Shown: positions 21,401 through 30,969, counted from the stretch's first letter. The stretch: 64,000 nt of DNA from Nibricoccus sp. (GCA_047602425.1 JASGHG010000001.1:2496001-2560000), one strand, 5' to 3'. Numbers and translations: made by a program. The notes: generated by a model not told the origin, from the letters alone.

Positions 21401-22413
21401 ACCAAAGGCGTGTGCTCGTGCTTTCGAAGTTCGAATTCGCGCGCGCGCAGGTCTTTCAACCAGGATTTTAAGGTGGCGCTGGACGAAACATTAACACGAA
21501 GCGGGAGCGTGTTTATAAAAATGCCGACAATGGAATCGGCATCGGTCACGGTGGACCGCCGGCAGGCCCGGGTGATTCCGAAAACGACGTCTTCTTCGCC
21601 ACTATAGCGGCTGATGAGCAAGGCCCAGGCCGCTTGTACGAGCGTGCCGAGGGTGACCCCTTGGGCTGCGGCAAAGGCCTTCAGTTCGGTCGTCAACGAT
21701 TCTGACAGGCGCGTCTCGCTCGCGGCTGGAATAAACTCGTTACTGGCTGCTGCCGGACGCAGCGTGCGCAGATCGGTGGGGACGGAGAATCCTTTTAGTT
21801 CCGCCCGCCAGAATCCTTCCGAGGCCTGCCAGTCATGGCGTCCAACCCATTCAATATATTCACGGAATGGGCGCGGAGCAGGCAGTTGAATATTTTCGTT
21901 CCGGAGCCCGGCTTTATAAAGCGTGAATACTTCATTCAGAATAATGGGGTAGGCACGTCCATCCAAAATAATATGATGAAAACTCCATATACATTTGTAA
22001 CGGTTTTCACCAAGTCGCGCGAGGGTCACTCGCATTACGGGCGCTTGGGAAAGATCGAAGCCCTGTTTGCGGTCGGTGCGGAGAAATTGTTCCAGTTCTT
22101 TGGTCTGCGCCTCTGGCGCCAGATGAATCCAGTTACGTTCGACGAAAGGCAGCGTCACTGTGGGGTGAACATCCTGGGCTGGTTCAGCCAGCTTCAGCCA
22201 ACGAAACGCTGTGCGTAAAGCTCCATGACGGACGACTACTTTTTCCCACGCCGCTTTGAAGGCCGCTGTGTTTACGGCTTCATCGATGGTTATAACGACC
22301 TGCTCAATGTTTATTCCTGAGTTGGGGCGGGACACGGTGTCAAAGAGCATGCCTTGCTGCATTGACGAAAGAGCGTAGGATTCCGCAATCGAAGTCGTGG
22401 GCGTGGATGTCAT
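18448..22413 (-). CDS. Single-module NRPS: C - A(Thr) - T - CatB/Vat-like LbH acyltransferase
   Basis: C: HHIILDG. A: YTSGTTGKPKG with pocket DFWNVGMVHK. T: FFDLGGHSLL. C-terminus: DHPRNTISTN...IGNDVFIG...IGDGAFIAAGS...DVPPYAIVGGYPAKVLRYRF...KWWN. No TE or R domain. Confidence 0.93.
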   Translation of the reverse strand: MTSTPTTSIAESYALSSMQQGMLFDTVSRPNSGINIEQVVITIDEAVNTAAFKAAWEKVVVRHGALRTAFRWLKLAEPAQDVHPTVTLPFVERNWIHLAPEAQTKELEQFLRTDRKQGFDLSQAPVMRVTLARLGENRYKCIWSFHHIILDGRAYPIILNEVFTLYKAGLRNENIQLPAPRPFREYIEWVGRHDWQASEGFWRAELKGFSVPTDLRTLRPAAASNEFIPAASETRLSESLTTELKAFAAAQGVTLGTLVQAAWALLISRYSGEEDVVFGITRACRRSTVTDADSIVGIFINTLPLRVNVSSSATLKSWLKDLRAREFELRKHEHTPLVKIQQWSEIQDRKALFDTLLMFDHAQLDTAVQQLNPNGPKLQIELKEQVGIPLVLQAYGENQLLLRLEYNGGLYDEGTIGRMLGHLEIIFAGMLAGPEKQLGVLPLVTAAERKQLVVDWNEAPKDYPSDRCIHVLFEEQARRSPDAPALTCDDQTLSYRQLNAMANRLARELRSLGVGPDVLVGLCLERCNNLVIGLLAILKAGGAYLPIDLAYPADRLAFMLSDAKAPILLTQSSLLKDLPETSARVLCVDQLLQEKLTDADNENQPSATNPDHLAYVIYTSGTTGKPKGSLLTHRNVTRLFSATDHWYGFNSSDVWTLFHSVAFDFSVWEIWGALLYGGRLVVVPFMVSRSSEAFYELLAKEQVTVLNQTPSAFRQLIHAEESVGQKKLALRYVVFGGEALEMQSLRPWYDRHGDSQPRLVNMYGITETTVHVTYRPLSKDDLTSGSVIGVPIPDLQVYILDPQKQPLPIGVPGEMYVGGAGLARGYLNRQDLTDARFIPDHLTNKPGSRLYRTGDLARFLPGRDIEYLGRIDQQVKIRGFRVELGEIESVLCQHPAIREAVVIAREDVPGDQRLVAYVISSGGVIPSVLELREHLKKKMPEYMVPAAFVQLEKIPLTTNGKVDRKALPKPVQDRPDLGTTYVAPRNETEQGVCQVWREVLGVERISIHDDFFDLGGHSLLVLRAVSLLNDRFGTDLPPVALFRHRTVAGLATLLPSTSGQSAHVIDKPAAPSPAPSLNLPEANPEIVATLLGLQKTTTSQTGPTAGSRMKESAFCRWVLAPLFMNGSRRVRAFAQKLILKFENGEYYTVTLRKLYAKMFGIQIGDYTCGCFDVDRMREKTTIGRYSSVSPTAFIQNADHPRNTISTNAIFYHPAFGFAKGYELNRVKVEIGNDVFIGNNATILYPTKKIGDGAFIAAGSVIVEDVPPYAIVGGYPAKVLRYRFNPKTIETLLASKWWNASLENLNNVKDQFAQPLEGDKIR

Positions 22414-22609
22414 AAACGTGATTTTTATCTATTACAGGCGAATCATTTATTGGAAGAAAAAACGGAGATACTTCAGAGGCCGCCGGGTATTGGTCCGGCC
22501 GGACTTTGTCTTGATGCTATCGGGAGGACTTCCCGGGGACTGTACGCGATGGATCGCTATTCGATTCGAATATATAAACCGTCGAACGATGTATGATCGA
22601 ACAAAGCGT

Positions 22610-24061
22610 TTATAGAGCTGCCGTCTTGGTTGCTAGGCGAGGCATAATGGCATTATAAATAACTTGGGCAACTTCAGGAAATATTATCCGTGCGATGCCC
22701 ACCGCGATGCCGAGTGAAGCGAGTGCGCTGACGGCGGCGCCCACGATGCCCAGGCTGGATGCAAAATAATGGGCATAACCAACGTTCAAGACTAAAATTC
22801 CCACCAGGTAAACGGTGGCGACGGAACTTTCGCGCAGGGGCACTTGTTGCTTTTGGCGGAGTCGATACAAGGAATACACTGTGGCCAAAATCTCGCCCAC
22901 AATGGCGCAAGCTGCGATTTGAGTGGGAGTCCCTTTGAGCGCGACGACGGCCAAGGCGATTGGCAGTCCGGCTGCTCGCCACAAGTTCGAATAAAATTGG
23001 TTGATCGTATCGGCACGCGCCGCGGCCGCGTTGCCCGAGGCCAGACGCAGGAAGCGGAAAGCCATCGCCGAGCCCAAAATCGCGACGAACGCCCCGGTGC
23101 CCACGTATTTTCCGCCGAAGATCAACGTGACGAGTTGTTCACCCGCGACAATCATCGGCACAAGAAATAGGCCCGCGCAGACCGCGGCAATTTGTATACA
23201 CAAACGATATTGATGTTTCAACCGCTCCAAGTCGTCTTGCAGTCTCGATAAGAGCGGCAGCATCAAAGAGCCGCTCACCTGGGAAAAGATAAACCACGGA
23301 ATACTAATCATCGAAAACGCCAGGCCGTAGCTGGCAAGCAAGTCGAGCGAGAAGACCGAACCTATAATAATCTGATCGGCTTGTTGTGAGCCGAATGTTA
23401 TAAAGCCGGTCAGCAGGAGGGGCCACCCGAACGCCAGCATACTTTTAATGTAATCGCGCTGCCAGGCCCACACATAGGGTCGGGTTGCGCAAAGAAAGGT
23501 GATGATCGTGCCGGTGGCGGCCTTCGTGAGCATGAGAATTACAATCACACGAAAATCTCCCAACCAGTGCGCCAAGGGCCAGGCGGCCGCCGTAATCAAC
23601 AATTGGGGAACGACGTCGGATAAGATCAACGGCAGATATTCGAGATGACGCTGACGCCGCGACACATCCATGTGGCCCAATCCTTGGCACATGGGCACCG
23701 AGGCCAGAAGGGCAAACGCCCACCAAGTGCCGGGCACTCCGAGAAATTTTGCGATGGGATAACTCAAGGCCACGAGCATCAATGCACTGCACGAGCCACC
23801 GATAAATTGGAGCGCCTGCGCGGTGCCGAGAAACGCCGGTTCTTCACCTTTCTTGGACTGCACGACTTGCAGCCCAAAACACATATTCCCGCTTAACTCG
23901 AGGAGGGTGATGGCCATGCTAAATGCCGCTGCCAAACCGAAGTCCGCTTTGCCCAAGGTTCTGGCTAAAATCACATTGCGCACGAACGAGAGAAAATATC
24001 CTGCAATTCGCCCGGTGAGCAGAATCATTGTGCCTTGGAGCAGTGAGTTCGATTTGCGCAT
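22610..24061 (-). CDS. wzx: Wzx-type oligosaccharide flippase
   Basis: Highly hydrophobic, 483 aa, N-terminal ILARTLGKADFG, located in a polysaccharide locus. Confidence 0.88.
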   Translation of the reverse strand: MRKSNSLLQGTMILLTGRIAGYFLSFVRNVILARTLGKADFGLAAAFSMAITLLELSGNMCFGLQVVQSKKGEEPAFLGTAQALQFIGGSCSALMLVALSYPIAKFLGVPGTWWAFALLASVPMCQGLGHMDVSRRQRHLEYLPLILSDVVPQLLITAAAWPLAHWLGDFRVIVILMLTKAATGTIITFLCATRPYVWAWQRDYIKSMLAFGWPLLLTGFITFGSQQADQIIIGSVFSLDLLASYGLAFSMISIPWFIFSQVSGSLMLPLLSRLQDDLERLKHQYRLCIQIAAVCAGLFLVPMIVAGEQLVTLIFGGKYVGTGAFVAILGSAMAFRFLRLASGNAAAARADTINQFYSNLWRAAGLPIALAVVALKGTPTQIAACAIVGEILATVYSLYRLRQKQQVPLRESSVATVYLVGILVLNVGYAHYFASSLGIVGAAVSALASLGIAVGIARIIFPEVAQVIYNAIMPRLATKTAAL

Positions 24062-24378
24062 GAATTCTGTGGTCTAAAAGGGAACAAGCGACGATTCGCC
24101 TGCTTGTTCGTGAAACTGTCCGTTTAGAGGCCATAACCGCACTAAAACATTCCGGTTTGCGAGGATTTTTATGCCGCTCGTCGTGGCCGGAATTTCTCCG
24201 GTGCAGGACTTGCGGGTGGTGATGCAGCTCTTCTATTCCGCGTGCTTGAGCGGAAGACGTCTCTTTCAGACGGGATTTGAGTGGCTGTCGGCGCGGGACC
24301 TTGAAAGAAGTTTTGCCTTTATTCGGCAGACCGCCGCGCGTCGGACTATGCGTCTGAGGTAGGATGCTGGACCTCTCT

Positions 24379-24412
24379 ATAAATACGAAGCCCGGCTCTA
24401 AGCCGGGCTTCG
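24379..24412 (-). terminator. Intrinsic terminator-like hairpin
   Basis: Perfect inverted repeat CGAAGCCCGGCT-cta-AGCCGGGCTTCG (24386-24412), followed on the minus strand by TATTTAT, about 37 nt after the stop at 24449. Confidence 0.7.
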
Positions 24413-24448
24413 GTCCAAACGATGTTGATGGAATATTTTCTGGGTCGA

Positions 24449-25807
24449 TTACAGCGAAGTGATGGTGGTCTTCGCATTCGACGGGGCCGTCATGATTCCC
24501 AAGCCGGCCGCCGGGCTTCCTGCCATGAGGCTGAAATTGCCCGCGGAAGGATTTACAAAGAGCGGATCCAGGCCGTTGATGCCGTGCGGCTCCTTGAACC
24601 AGGTTTTGATTATGCCGAGGCCGGTGCCGACCACGAGATTGTAATCCGAGACCTGTCCAGTGACCGTATCGCCGGCGTAGCCGCCGTTGTTGGTCTGGGA
24701 AGGACTGGCGCAATCGTAGAATATATTTTTTTGGATATTAATATAATTCGCGACGCCATGTGAATTGTTGAATATTGTAATGGACCACTGGCTGGCGGTG
24801 CCGCAGCGATAGAACGTGTTGTTGGTAAAGGTCGCATAAGGCATGGCGACGTTGATCGTTCTGGCGACATTGCAGAAGAGATTGTTTTTGAAGGTCCAGC
24901 GGCTGATGTTTCCATTCAGCTGCGTGTCCTCGAGATTTCCGAGCTGCACGTCGTTGCCGGCGTTCAGAACGGTGTTGTTTTCGATCAGGACATCGCGCGA
25001 TGTTTGGGCCGGATCATTGCCAAAGGTCTGGAAGAGGTCCGGGTGGTTGTCGTTCGCTTGAGGGTTGCTCCAATCGGTCACGGTATTGCCGCGTACGACG
25101 ATATTGCTGCCGATGATGATAAAGCAGTCCCAGCCTTTTTGGCCCGAAATACGGCAGTTTGTCACCGTATGGTTGGTGCCGAGCAAAGCGAAGGCATTGT
25201 TATCGGGATTGGTAATCGTAATATTATCGAACGTGCCATAATTCGCAGCCGGCCAACCGGTGTGAACGCCGCAAGCGCCGCGCACCGCGCTGTAGCCAGG
25301 AGCTCCGTTGATCGAGATATTCGAAAAAGAGCAATGATCGGCACCGCTTAGGAGTTGGATGCAACCATCGTTGGCATCGACGCCAACGCCATTCAGTGTG
25401 ACGTCCGAAGCATCGACGTAGGCGCCGCTAATATAGAAGCCGCCGAGCGTGACCGAAGCCGCGCCTGCGCCTTTATAAGTGATATGCGCCGAGGCAGTGC
25501 CGCTGCTGGTTTCTTTGACTTTTTCCGCGTAGACGCCGGCAGCAATGTTGACGGTATCGCCGGCGACGGTGGTATTGGCCGCTTTTTGGACGGTCAGCCA
25601 AGGGGAGGATGCAGTGCCCGGATTCGAATCGCTGCCCGTTTTGGCTACATAATAGGTAGCGGCGGGGAGCAGAGTCGGCACGACGGCCAACAGAAGCCCA
25701 AGAACGGCTCCTTTGAAGAACGTTTTCTGAGGTTGGACGGGATTGCTCGGCAAGCCAGCTGTCTTTCCGCAAAAGATTTTTTGAGACGGATTTTTTTTCG
25801 AGTTCAT
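24449..25807 (-). CDS. Secreted right-handed beta-helix (DUF1565/pectate lyase-like) protein
   Basis: Signal-peptide-like stretch, then ATYYVAKTGSDSNPGTASSPWLTVQKAA...AGDTVNIAAGVY. Asn-rich repeats, HPDLFQ, and C-terminal DPLFVNPSAGNFSL. Confidence 0.82.
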   Translation of the reverse strand: MNSKKNPSQKIFCGKTAGLPSNPVQPQKTFFKGAVLGLLLAVVPTLLPAATYYVAKTGSDSNPGTASSPWLTVQKAANTTVAGDTVNIAAGVYAEKVKETSSGTASAHITYKGAGAASVTLGGFYISGAYVDASDVTLNGVGVDANDGCIQLLSGADHCSFSNISINGAPGYSAVRGACGVHTGWPAANYGTFDNITITNPDNNAFALLGTNHTVTNCRISGQKGWDCFIIIGSNIVVRGNTVTDWSNPQANDNHPDLFQTFGNDPAQTSRDVLIENNTVLNAGNDVQLGNLEDTQLNGNISRWTFKNNLFCNVARTINVAMPYATFTNNTFYRCGTASQWSITIFNNSHGVANYINIQKNIFYDCASPSQTNNGGYAGDTVTGQVSDYNLVVGTGLGIIKTWFKEPHGINGLDPLFVNPSAGNFSLMAGSPAAGLGIMTAPSNAKTTITSL

Positions 25808-25839
25808 GGTTTTATTTTTTCACTCGGATCGCCGGTGCA

Positions 25840-25853
25840 ATGTCAGCTGACAT
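25840..25853. promoter_or_regulatory. Perfect 14-bp palindrome ATGTCAGCTGACAT, candidate operator
   Basis: Lies about 33 nt upstream of the ATG at 25807. Confidence 0.3.
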
Positions 25854-26047
25854 CCTTTGCGGTCTGCTGTAGCTTAAAGGCGATCGACAAGTGATTCATT
25901 TGCACGAAAGCATCGGCTACTCTTGGTTCCGATCAAGGTCGCAGATGGTAGAAGAATTGTGAAACAAATTGGCTGATAGCGGCTCGTGAGCAGGTAATTG
26001 CAACGAAATGGCGATTTAGCGCTAGAGCTTTACGATTCTATCACTTA

Positions 26048-27022
26048 CTAAACAAATTTCTGTAAATACGGGATCTTTTGGATCACAGCCACGGCGAGAA
26101 AAGACACGACGGTCGTCAATGCGAACCAGACCAGATCATGTTGATGTATCCAAGGGATCAATTTGAAGGCAGCCATCACCACGCCGTGAATGAGATAAAC
26201 GCCCAAGCACAGGGTGCTAATTGGGCCGATTTGAGGGGAAAGCTGGCGTTTGAACAACAGCCCGACCACGACAAGCGCGCTTCCGACTCCGTACGAAATT
26301 CCCATGCCGGGATCGATGTGATGAAGGTAGGCGCAGGTGATTATTATCGTCGCTTCGATGGCGATCAAAACGCGGTTGGATTGCGCACCCAGAGTCACCG
26401 CGGAGGCCATGGCCAAACCAATCGGAAGGCTGGGCGCGGCCTGTAACCACTGGGCCCAAGGCGCTTCATAGAAGCCCGACGTGCGGATGAAAGCCGCTGC
26501 GAAAAGCGTGAGATGCGCGACGATAACCGGAACGGCAACCCGTGTGTACGGCGGCAGTTTGTCGTGCGGCTTGCTCAGAACGTAGGTGACGCAGGCGCTC
26601 GCAAACGAAAAGGGTAGATACCATAATCCAATCCACGGTCCGGCTAGAATGTTATCGATAAAGCCGGATGTTAGCGGAAACAAACGTTTACCCGTCACTA
26701 TATTGAGCACGGCGTAGATAACAAACCACGCGGCCCAAGGCATCAGCAGGCGCGAAACTCTTTTCTGAAAAAACGCCTTCGGATTAAGGCCCTGAGTGGA
26801 TCCTTTTTGAAAGAAAACGAATATAATCAGGAAAAATACAAGGCCCGCATAGGCAACTCGTCGTTGCGGAAGGACGCCGAGATGAAACCAAATGACTGCG
26901 CAGGCCGAAATGATCCGAAGCAGATCGATGGTATCGTTTCGTTCCTTCACGCGTGCTGGTTTATCGTGCGTGGCAACCGACATGGCGGCGGTCGAGAAAA
27001 GATGAGGCTGGGAGGTCGACAT
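26048..27022 (-). CDS. Membrane-bound acyltransferase family 3 (OafA-like)
   Basis: RNDTIDLLRIISACAVIWFH, KRVSRLLMP, LWYLP and GVYLIH; about 10 TM segments. Confidence 0.88.
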   Translation of the reverse strand: MSTSQPHLFSTAAMSVATHDKPARVKERNDTIDLLRIISACAVIWFHLGVLPQRRVAYAGLVFFLIIFVFFQKGSTQGLNPKAFFQKRVSRLLMPWAAWFVIYAVLNIVTGKRLFPLTSGFIDNILAGPWIGLWYLPFSFASACVTYVLSKPHDKLPPYTRVAVPVIVAHLTLFAAAFIRTSGFYEAPWAQWLQAAPSLPIGLAMASAVTLGAQSNRVLIAIEATIIITCAYLHHIDPGMGISYGVGSALVVVGLLFKRQLSPQIGPISTLCLGVYLIHGVVMAAFKLIPWIHQHDLVWFALTTVVSFLAVAVIQKIPYLQKFV

Positions 27023-27042
27023 CAGGGACGTTTTAGTCGCGC

Positions 27043-28434
27043 TTAGGCCGAACCGGCTTTTGTGATTTCAGGATTTTGGTCCTGTGCGTCAGGTTGCTTC
27101 CCATCCGGACCGTCGCTTTGCGGGGAGGCAAGCTCCGTGACTGCGGAGTCGGCTTCAACATCCGCGTCTTCCGATTCAACGAGCGTGGCCGGGGCCATTT
27201 TGGCCGACGAGTAAAGCGAGCCGATCATCGCGAGGTTCGAAAACAAAAACACGAACGACTGGTCAAAATAATAGACCGACATGCAGGAACAGGCTTGGGC
27301 GAAGAGCGCTGCACCGAGCGTCCAGATGTGGAATTGTTCCGAAAGCGGCGCATTTTCGTCCAAGCGTATGGTTTTCCCCACGTAGTTGAATGCCGTTCCC
27401 AAGGCGAAAATGAAAAGGAGCATCAAGGGGAAACCGCCAAAAACACCGTAACCAATATATTGGTTCGTTATGTCGCAATGATCCTCGCTCCACGATACGC
27501 CATATGGCATCCAGTGCCGGGTGTACGCAGTTCCCGCGAACCACCATTCACTAAAATGGTTGATGGCCGCCTGGATCAGGGCGGCCCGGTGATATCCCGT
27601 GCTGCTTCCGGTAAGATCGATCCGGGCGATCAAATAATAGGCGGGCGCCTGCATGCACACGTCTAAAACAATATAGAACACCACCGCCGCGATCCGCATC
27701 TGGCGGGTAAACGCGCGCCATTTCCAAAGCATCAAACCGAACAATCCGAAAACCACGCTCATCAGCGGGCCGCTGGATCTGCTCGCCAGCACCATCAGCA
27801 GACAGGCGACAATGCCGACCTTGGCCGCCAGGCGTTGCGTTTTCCAAATGCCCACCATCAAGGGCAGAACCGCGGCGCCCACCGTTCCGGCGAGGATTGA
27901 ATGGGAAAATGGACCCTGTGCGCGGATACTGCCTTCACGGACGGAGGCCATTTCGGGAACGTCGCCGAAAATGGCGAACATGTTGCGACCGGTTAATTTT
28001 TCACCGACCATTTCAAGGGCAACCGGGAGAAGCACGAAGGCGGTGATCTTCGAATAAAAAATGATATCGTCGATATTCTGACAGAAGATGCGGATCAGAA
28101 AATATATCCCCAAGGTATTGTAGACGGTGCCAAGCTGGCTGGTGAGGGGCTGGACAAAAATACTGCTGAACAGACACCAAAAAGCCCAAGCCAGCATGAA
28201 CCAATCCAAGCCATTGAACCCGCCCGCAGGACGTTCGTTGCGAATGATGACACGAGCGAAACCAAATAAAAGGAGCAAACGGATGATAGGGAAATGAAGC
28301 GGGCCGACCTCGATTCCTTGTCCCAAGGTCATGTAGCAGGCGCCCGCAAGCAACGGCAGCGGAGCCCAGCGCCGCGGTACCGACAAAAGCGCTGCGGCGT
28401 TGATCAAAAGAAAAATGAAAGCGAAACCATTCAT
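27043..28434 (-). CDS. O-antigen ligase/Wzy polymerase family membrane protein
   Basis: Multi-TM; RAQGPFSHSILAG, SRSSG and periplasmic loop STGYHRAAL...DITNQY. ATG at 28434, with an alternative TTG at 28476. Confidence 0.78.
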   Translation of the reverse strand: MNGFAFIFLLINAAALLSVPRRWAPLPLLAGACYMTLGQGIEVGPLHFPIIRLLLLFGFARVIIRNERPAGGFNGLDWFMLAWAFWCLFSSIFVQPLTSQLGTVYNTLGIYFLIRIFCQNIDDIIFYSKITAFVLLPVALEMVGEKLTGRNMFAIFGDVPEMASVREGSIRAQGPFSHSILAGTVGAAVLPLMVGIWKTQRLAAKVGIVACLLMVLASRSSGPLMSVVFGLFGLMLWKWRAFTRQMRIAAVVFYIVLDVCMQAPAYYLIARIDLTGSSTGYHRAALIQAAINHFSEWWFAGTAYTRHWMPYGVSWSEDHCDITNQYIGYGVFGGFPLMLLFIFALGTAFNYVGKTIRLDENAPLSEQFHIWTLGAALFAQACSCMSVYYFDQSFVFLFSNLAMIGSLYSSAKMAPATLVESEDADVEADSAVTELASPQSDGPDGKQPDAQDQNPEITKAGSA

Positions 28435-28537
28435 TCCAGCGTGGCTCCACGGCAGATTTGCAGGGAGCTTGGGCAATACGATATCACATTTGCGCGAACC
28501 GACGACTGGTAAACGAAGATCGTTGTGCCGGCCGGAA

Positions 28538-29731
28538 TCATTGTTTTTGGCTCCCGTTTTCCTGCTTCAAGACGGTCACGGCTGTGTCCGCCAAATAGCT
28601 GATGTGGCGATCGTCCAGTCCTTGATGAACAGGCAGTGTGAGGAGTTGTTGTTTCAGCCGGCAGGCATCGGGAAACGACGACCAATCGATGCCATTGCGA
28701 TGGAACCCCGCCCACCAAGGATAGGCCGCGATACCTCTTGCTTGCAGCGCTTCCACGCTGGCGTCGCGGTTGGCTACGGTGAGTGGAAACGACAGCGGAC
28801 AAACGCTATCCGGCAAAGTTCGATAAACGGGCGTCATTCCTTCAATTCCGGAAAAGGCCTTGCTTAGTTGAAGAAAATTGGAGCGGCGCCGGCGGACGAT
28901 TTCCTGCGGCGAGAACGAACTGGCCAAGGCAAAGGTCGCGGGTTGTATCGCGCGGTCGGCATGGATTCCCGGATCGAAGTAGTAGGACTCGGGCATTTCA
29001 GGCCGAGCGGTTTCGGGCTCCTGTCCATTTCGGCCATTGCGTCGATTTAGGCTCGAAAGAAGCGATCCATACAAACCGAACCATTCTAAAGAATCGAGAA
29101 TTGCCGTCTTTGTGGAAGATTTGATCTCGGTTAACAGGCTGGAAAGCCCTGCCGGGGTCAGACGAGGATTGCGATCGACGCGGGTTCTTGGAAGTGAGAG
29201 CAGACCGCCGTGCGCGAAGCCCAGGGTTTTGGGCAGGCTGTAAATTGCGGCGTCGCCCATCCGTCCGATCCTGTTCGATTCGCCATTGCTGAAGAGTGCG
29301 AGGGCGCAGTCCTCGATGAGAAGCAACCCCTGTTCGTCGCACCAACGTCGCAGGTCGGACATCGGCTGTTCCCAACCAAAATAGTGAATGATATATACAG
29401 CGCGAGTGTTGGGAGTTTTTCGAGATATGAGATCGGCAAAATCGATCCGGCAGTCGGCTGAGACGGAATAGCCCTTGAGTTTTGCGCCAGCATGGACAAG
29501 GGCGTCGAGTTCGGTTCCGCAATTGTAGGCCGGCACCAATATTTCCGAACCAGGTGGCAGGCCTAGTAGTTTGCAGGCGAGGGCGATGGCTGAACGCCCG
29601 CTGTAGGTGCCAATCAAATAGCGGTCGCGAAACTGATCGTGTTGCAGAACAGCGTGACGGGACGGTTGGAGTGCACGAAACCAGTGGTGCAGACTGACTG
29701 ACGGAGCGCCGCAATGAAGTGCGTTTTTCAC
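28538..29731 (-). CDS. DegT/DnrJ-like PLP-dependent aminotransferase
   Basis: SGRSAI, VPAYNC, IHYFG, IEDCA, YSLPK (PLP Lys) and LPVHQ. GTG at 29731 overlaps the upstream stop (GTGA). Confidence 0.85.
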   Translation of the reverse strand: MKNALHCGAPSVSLHHWFRALQPSRHAVLQHDQFRDRYLIGTYSGRSAIALACKLLGLPPGSEILVPAYNCGTELDALVHAGAKLKGYSVSADCRIDFADLISRKTPNTRAVYIIHYFGWEQPMSDLRRWCDEQGLLLIEDCALALFSNGESNRIGRMGDAAIYSLPKTLGFAHGGLLSLPRTRVDRNPRLTPAGLSSLLTEIKSSTKTAILDSLEWFGLYGSLLSSLNRRNGRNGQEPETARPEMPESYYFDPGIHADRAIQPATFALASSFSPQEIVRRRRSNFLQLSKAFSGIEGMTPVYRTLPDSVCPLSFPLTVANRDASVEALQARGIAAYPWWAGFHRNGIDWSSFPDACRLKQQLLTLPVHQGLDDRHISYLADTAVTVLKQENGSQKQ

Positions 29732-30969
29732 AGCGTGTGTCGGATCCAGAAGGACCACAGCGTGTGCTGCAGCGCAGGAATTTTGGGCGCGAGGCGAACG
29801 AAGAGCACTTTGTAGTAGGCGAAGTCGAGAAACGAGGAAAACGCCTTGTAGAGGCGAACCCGCGCGCGTACTCCGAAGCCGCGCCGAATAAACTGCACCG
29901 TACGCAACGGCCACTCATGGGCTCCATGGTGAACTTTATATCCGTAATGACCACGGCCTCCCTCGATCGTGTTGAGACCTTCTCCAATCGCGGCCTCGAT
30001 CATTTTCACCAAGCCCATCGTGCCCAAACTGAAACGATCCCACTCGGCGTTTCGCACACGCGCCGGCAACCGCCAATAGACAGTGCGCCCATGCACGAAA
30101 CAATATTGGGAGGAAATAACCTTCTCGTCAGCGAGGATGCGATAAAAGCGGACTTTACCCTGACTGCCGAAGGCTCGAATGAGTTCCCGGTTGAATTCGT
30201 GGGCGTGTGGCCAATCGCCGAAGTGGCCGAGTTTTCCGTCTGCACGCCACTGGTGTTCGTGCTCGCGGCAAAAATTCTCGAATTCGGTGGCGATCGTTTC
30301 CGGCGCGCCGACCGAGTCGAAGCTGACGCGGTGCGCTTTCGCGCTTTGCTCGATCATCCGCTTGAAATTGCTCCGCTGTTTCTTGTCCAAATTTTTGAGA
30401 TAATCGGCGAAATTATCCGGGAGCGCGAAAATGCTGTTGCAGGTGTCGCCCACAGCTTCCGTTTCGCCGACCAAGGTTGGATTTTGGAGGCCGGCCGCCT
30501 GCAAATCTTCTATGTGGGCGCCCGAGCCCGCGAGCGGGCCGAAGAGAAGAACGTCGCAGCGTTGCTTGCCAACGAAGTATTGCACGCTCTGGCTGGCCAC
30601 CGCTTTGACGAAATCCGGTAGCACGGGTAGATTGCAAAGAGTTAGGCTATAGTCCGCGCCGACCAATTTGGCGGCGCGAATCCAGACTGGCCCCAGCCAA
30701 AGCGTTTCGATAAAAGCGGGGACGATGCCGACCAAGTCTTCACCGGCATAGAAAAACAGAAGATGGAGGGAACGCTTGGTTCCGTAATATTTCCACCAAA
30801 TACTGCACCACTCAAAGGTTTGATACACGTCCGCGCCGGAGCGGGCGACGAGATCGTTCCACGCGGTGCGGTGCGGTTCTGCCTCGGAGAAGGAGTGCAG
30901 AAGTCGTACGGAAAGCTGTTTTTCCGGGGAAAGCAGGTGGGTGGTCTCGGTGGAATCCATGGATTTCAT
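29728..30969 (-). CDS. GNAT acyltransferase, CelD/BcsL-like
   Basis: YQTFEWCSIWW, YLKNLDKKQRSNFKR, FSLGTM and GGRGHYGYK. ATG at 30969 overlaps the GT2 stop (ATGA). Confidence 0.85.
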   Translation of the reverse strand: MKSMDSTETTHLLSPEKQLSVRLLHSFSEAEPHRTAWNDLVARSGADVYQTFEWCSIWWKYYGTKRSLHLLFFYAGEDLVGIVPAFIETLWLGPVWIRAAKLVGADYSLTLCNLPVLPDFVKAVASQSVQYFVGKQRCDVLLFGPLAGSGAHIEDLQAAGLQNPTLVGETEAVGDTCNSIFALPDNFADYLKNLDKKQRSNFKRMIEQSAKAHRVSFDSVGAPETIATEFENFCREHEHQWRADGKLGHFGDWPHAHEFNRELIRAFGSQGKVRFYRILADEKVISSQYCFVHGRTVYWRLPARVRNAEWDRFSLGTMGLVKMIEAAIGEGLNTIEGGRGHYGYKVHHGAHEWPLRTVQFIRRGFGVRARVRLYKAFSSFLDFAYYKVLFVRLAPKIPALQHTLWSFWIRHTL

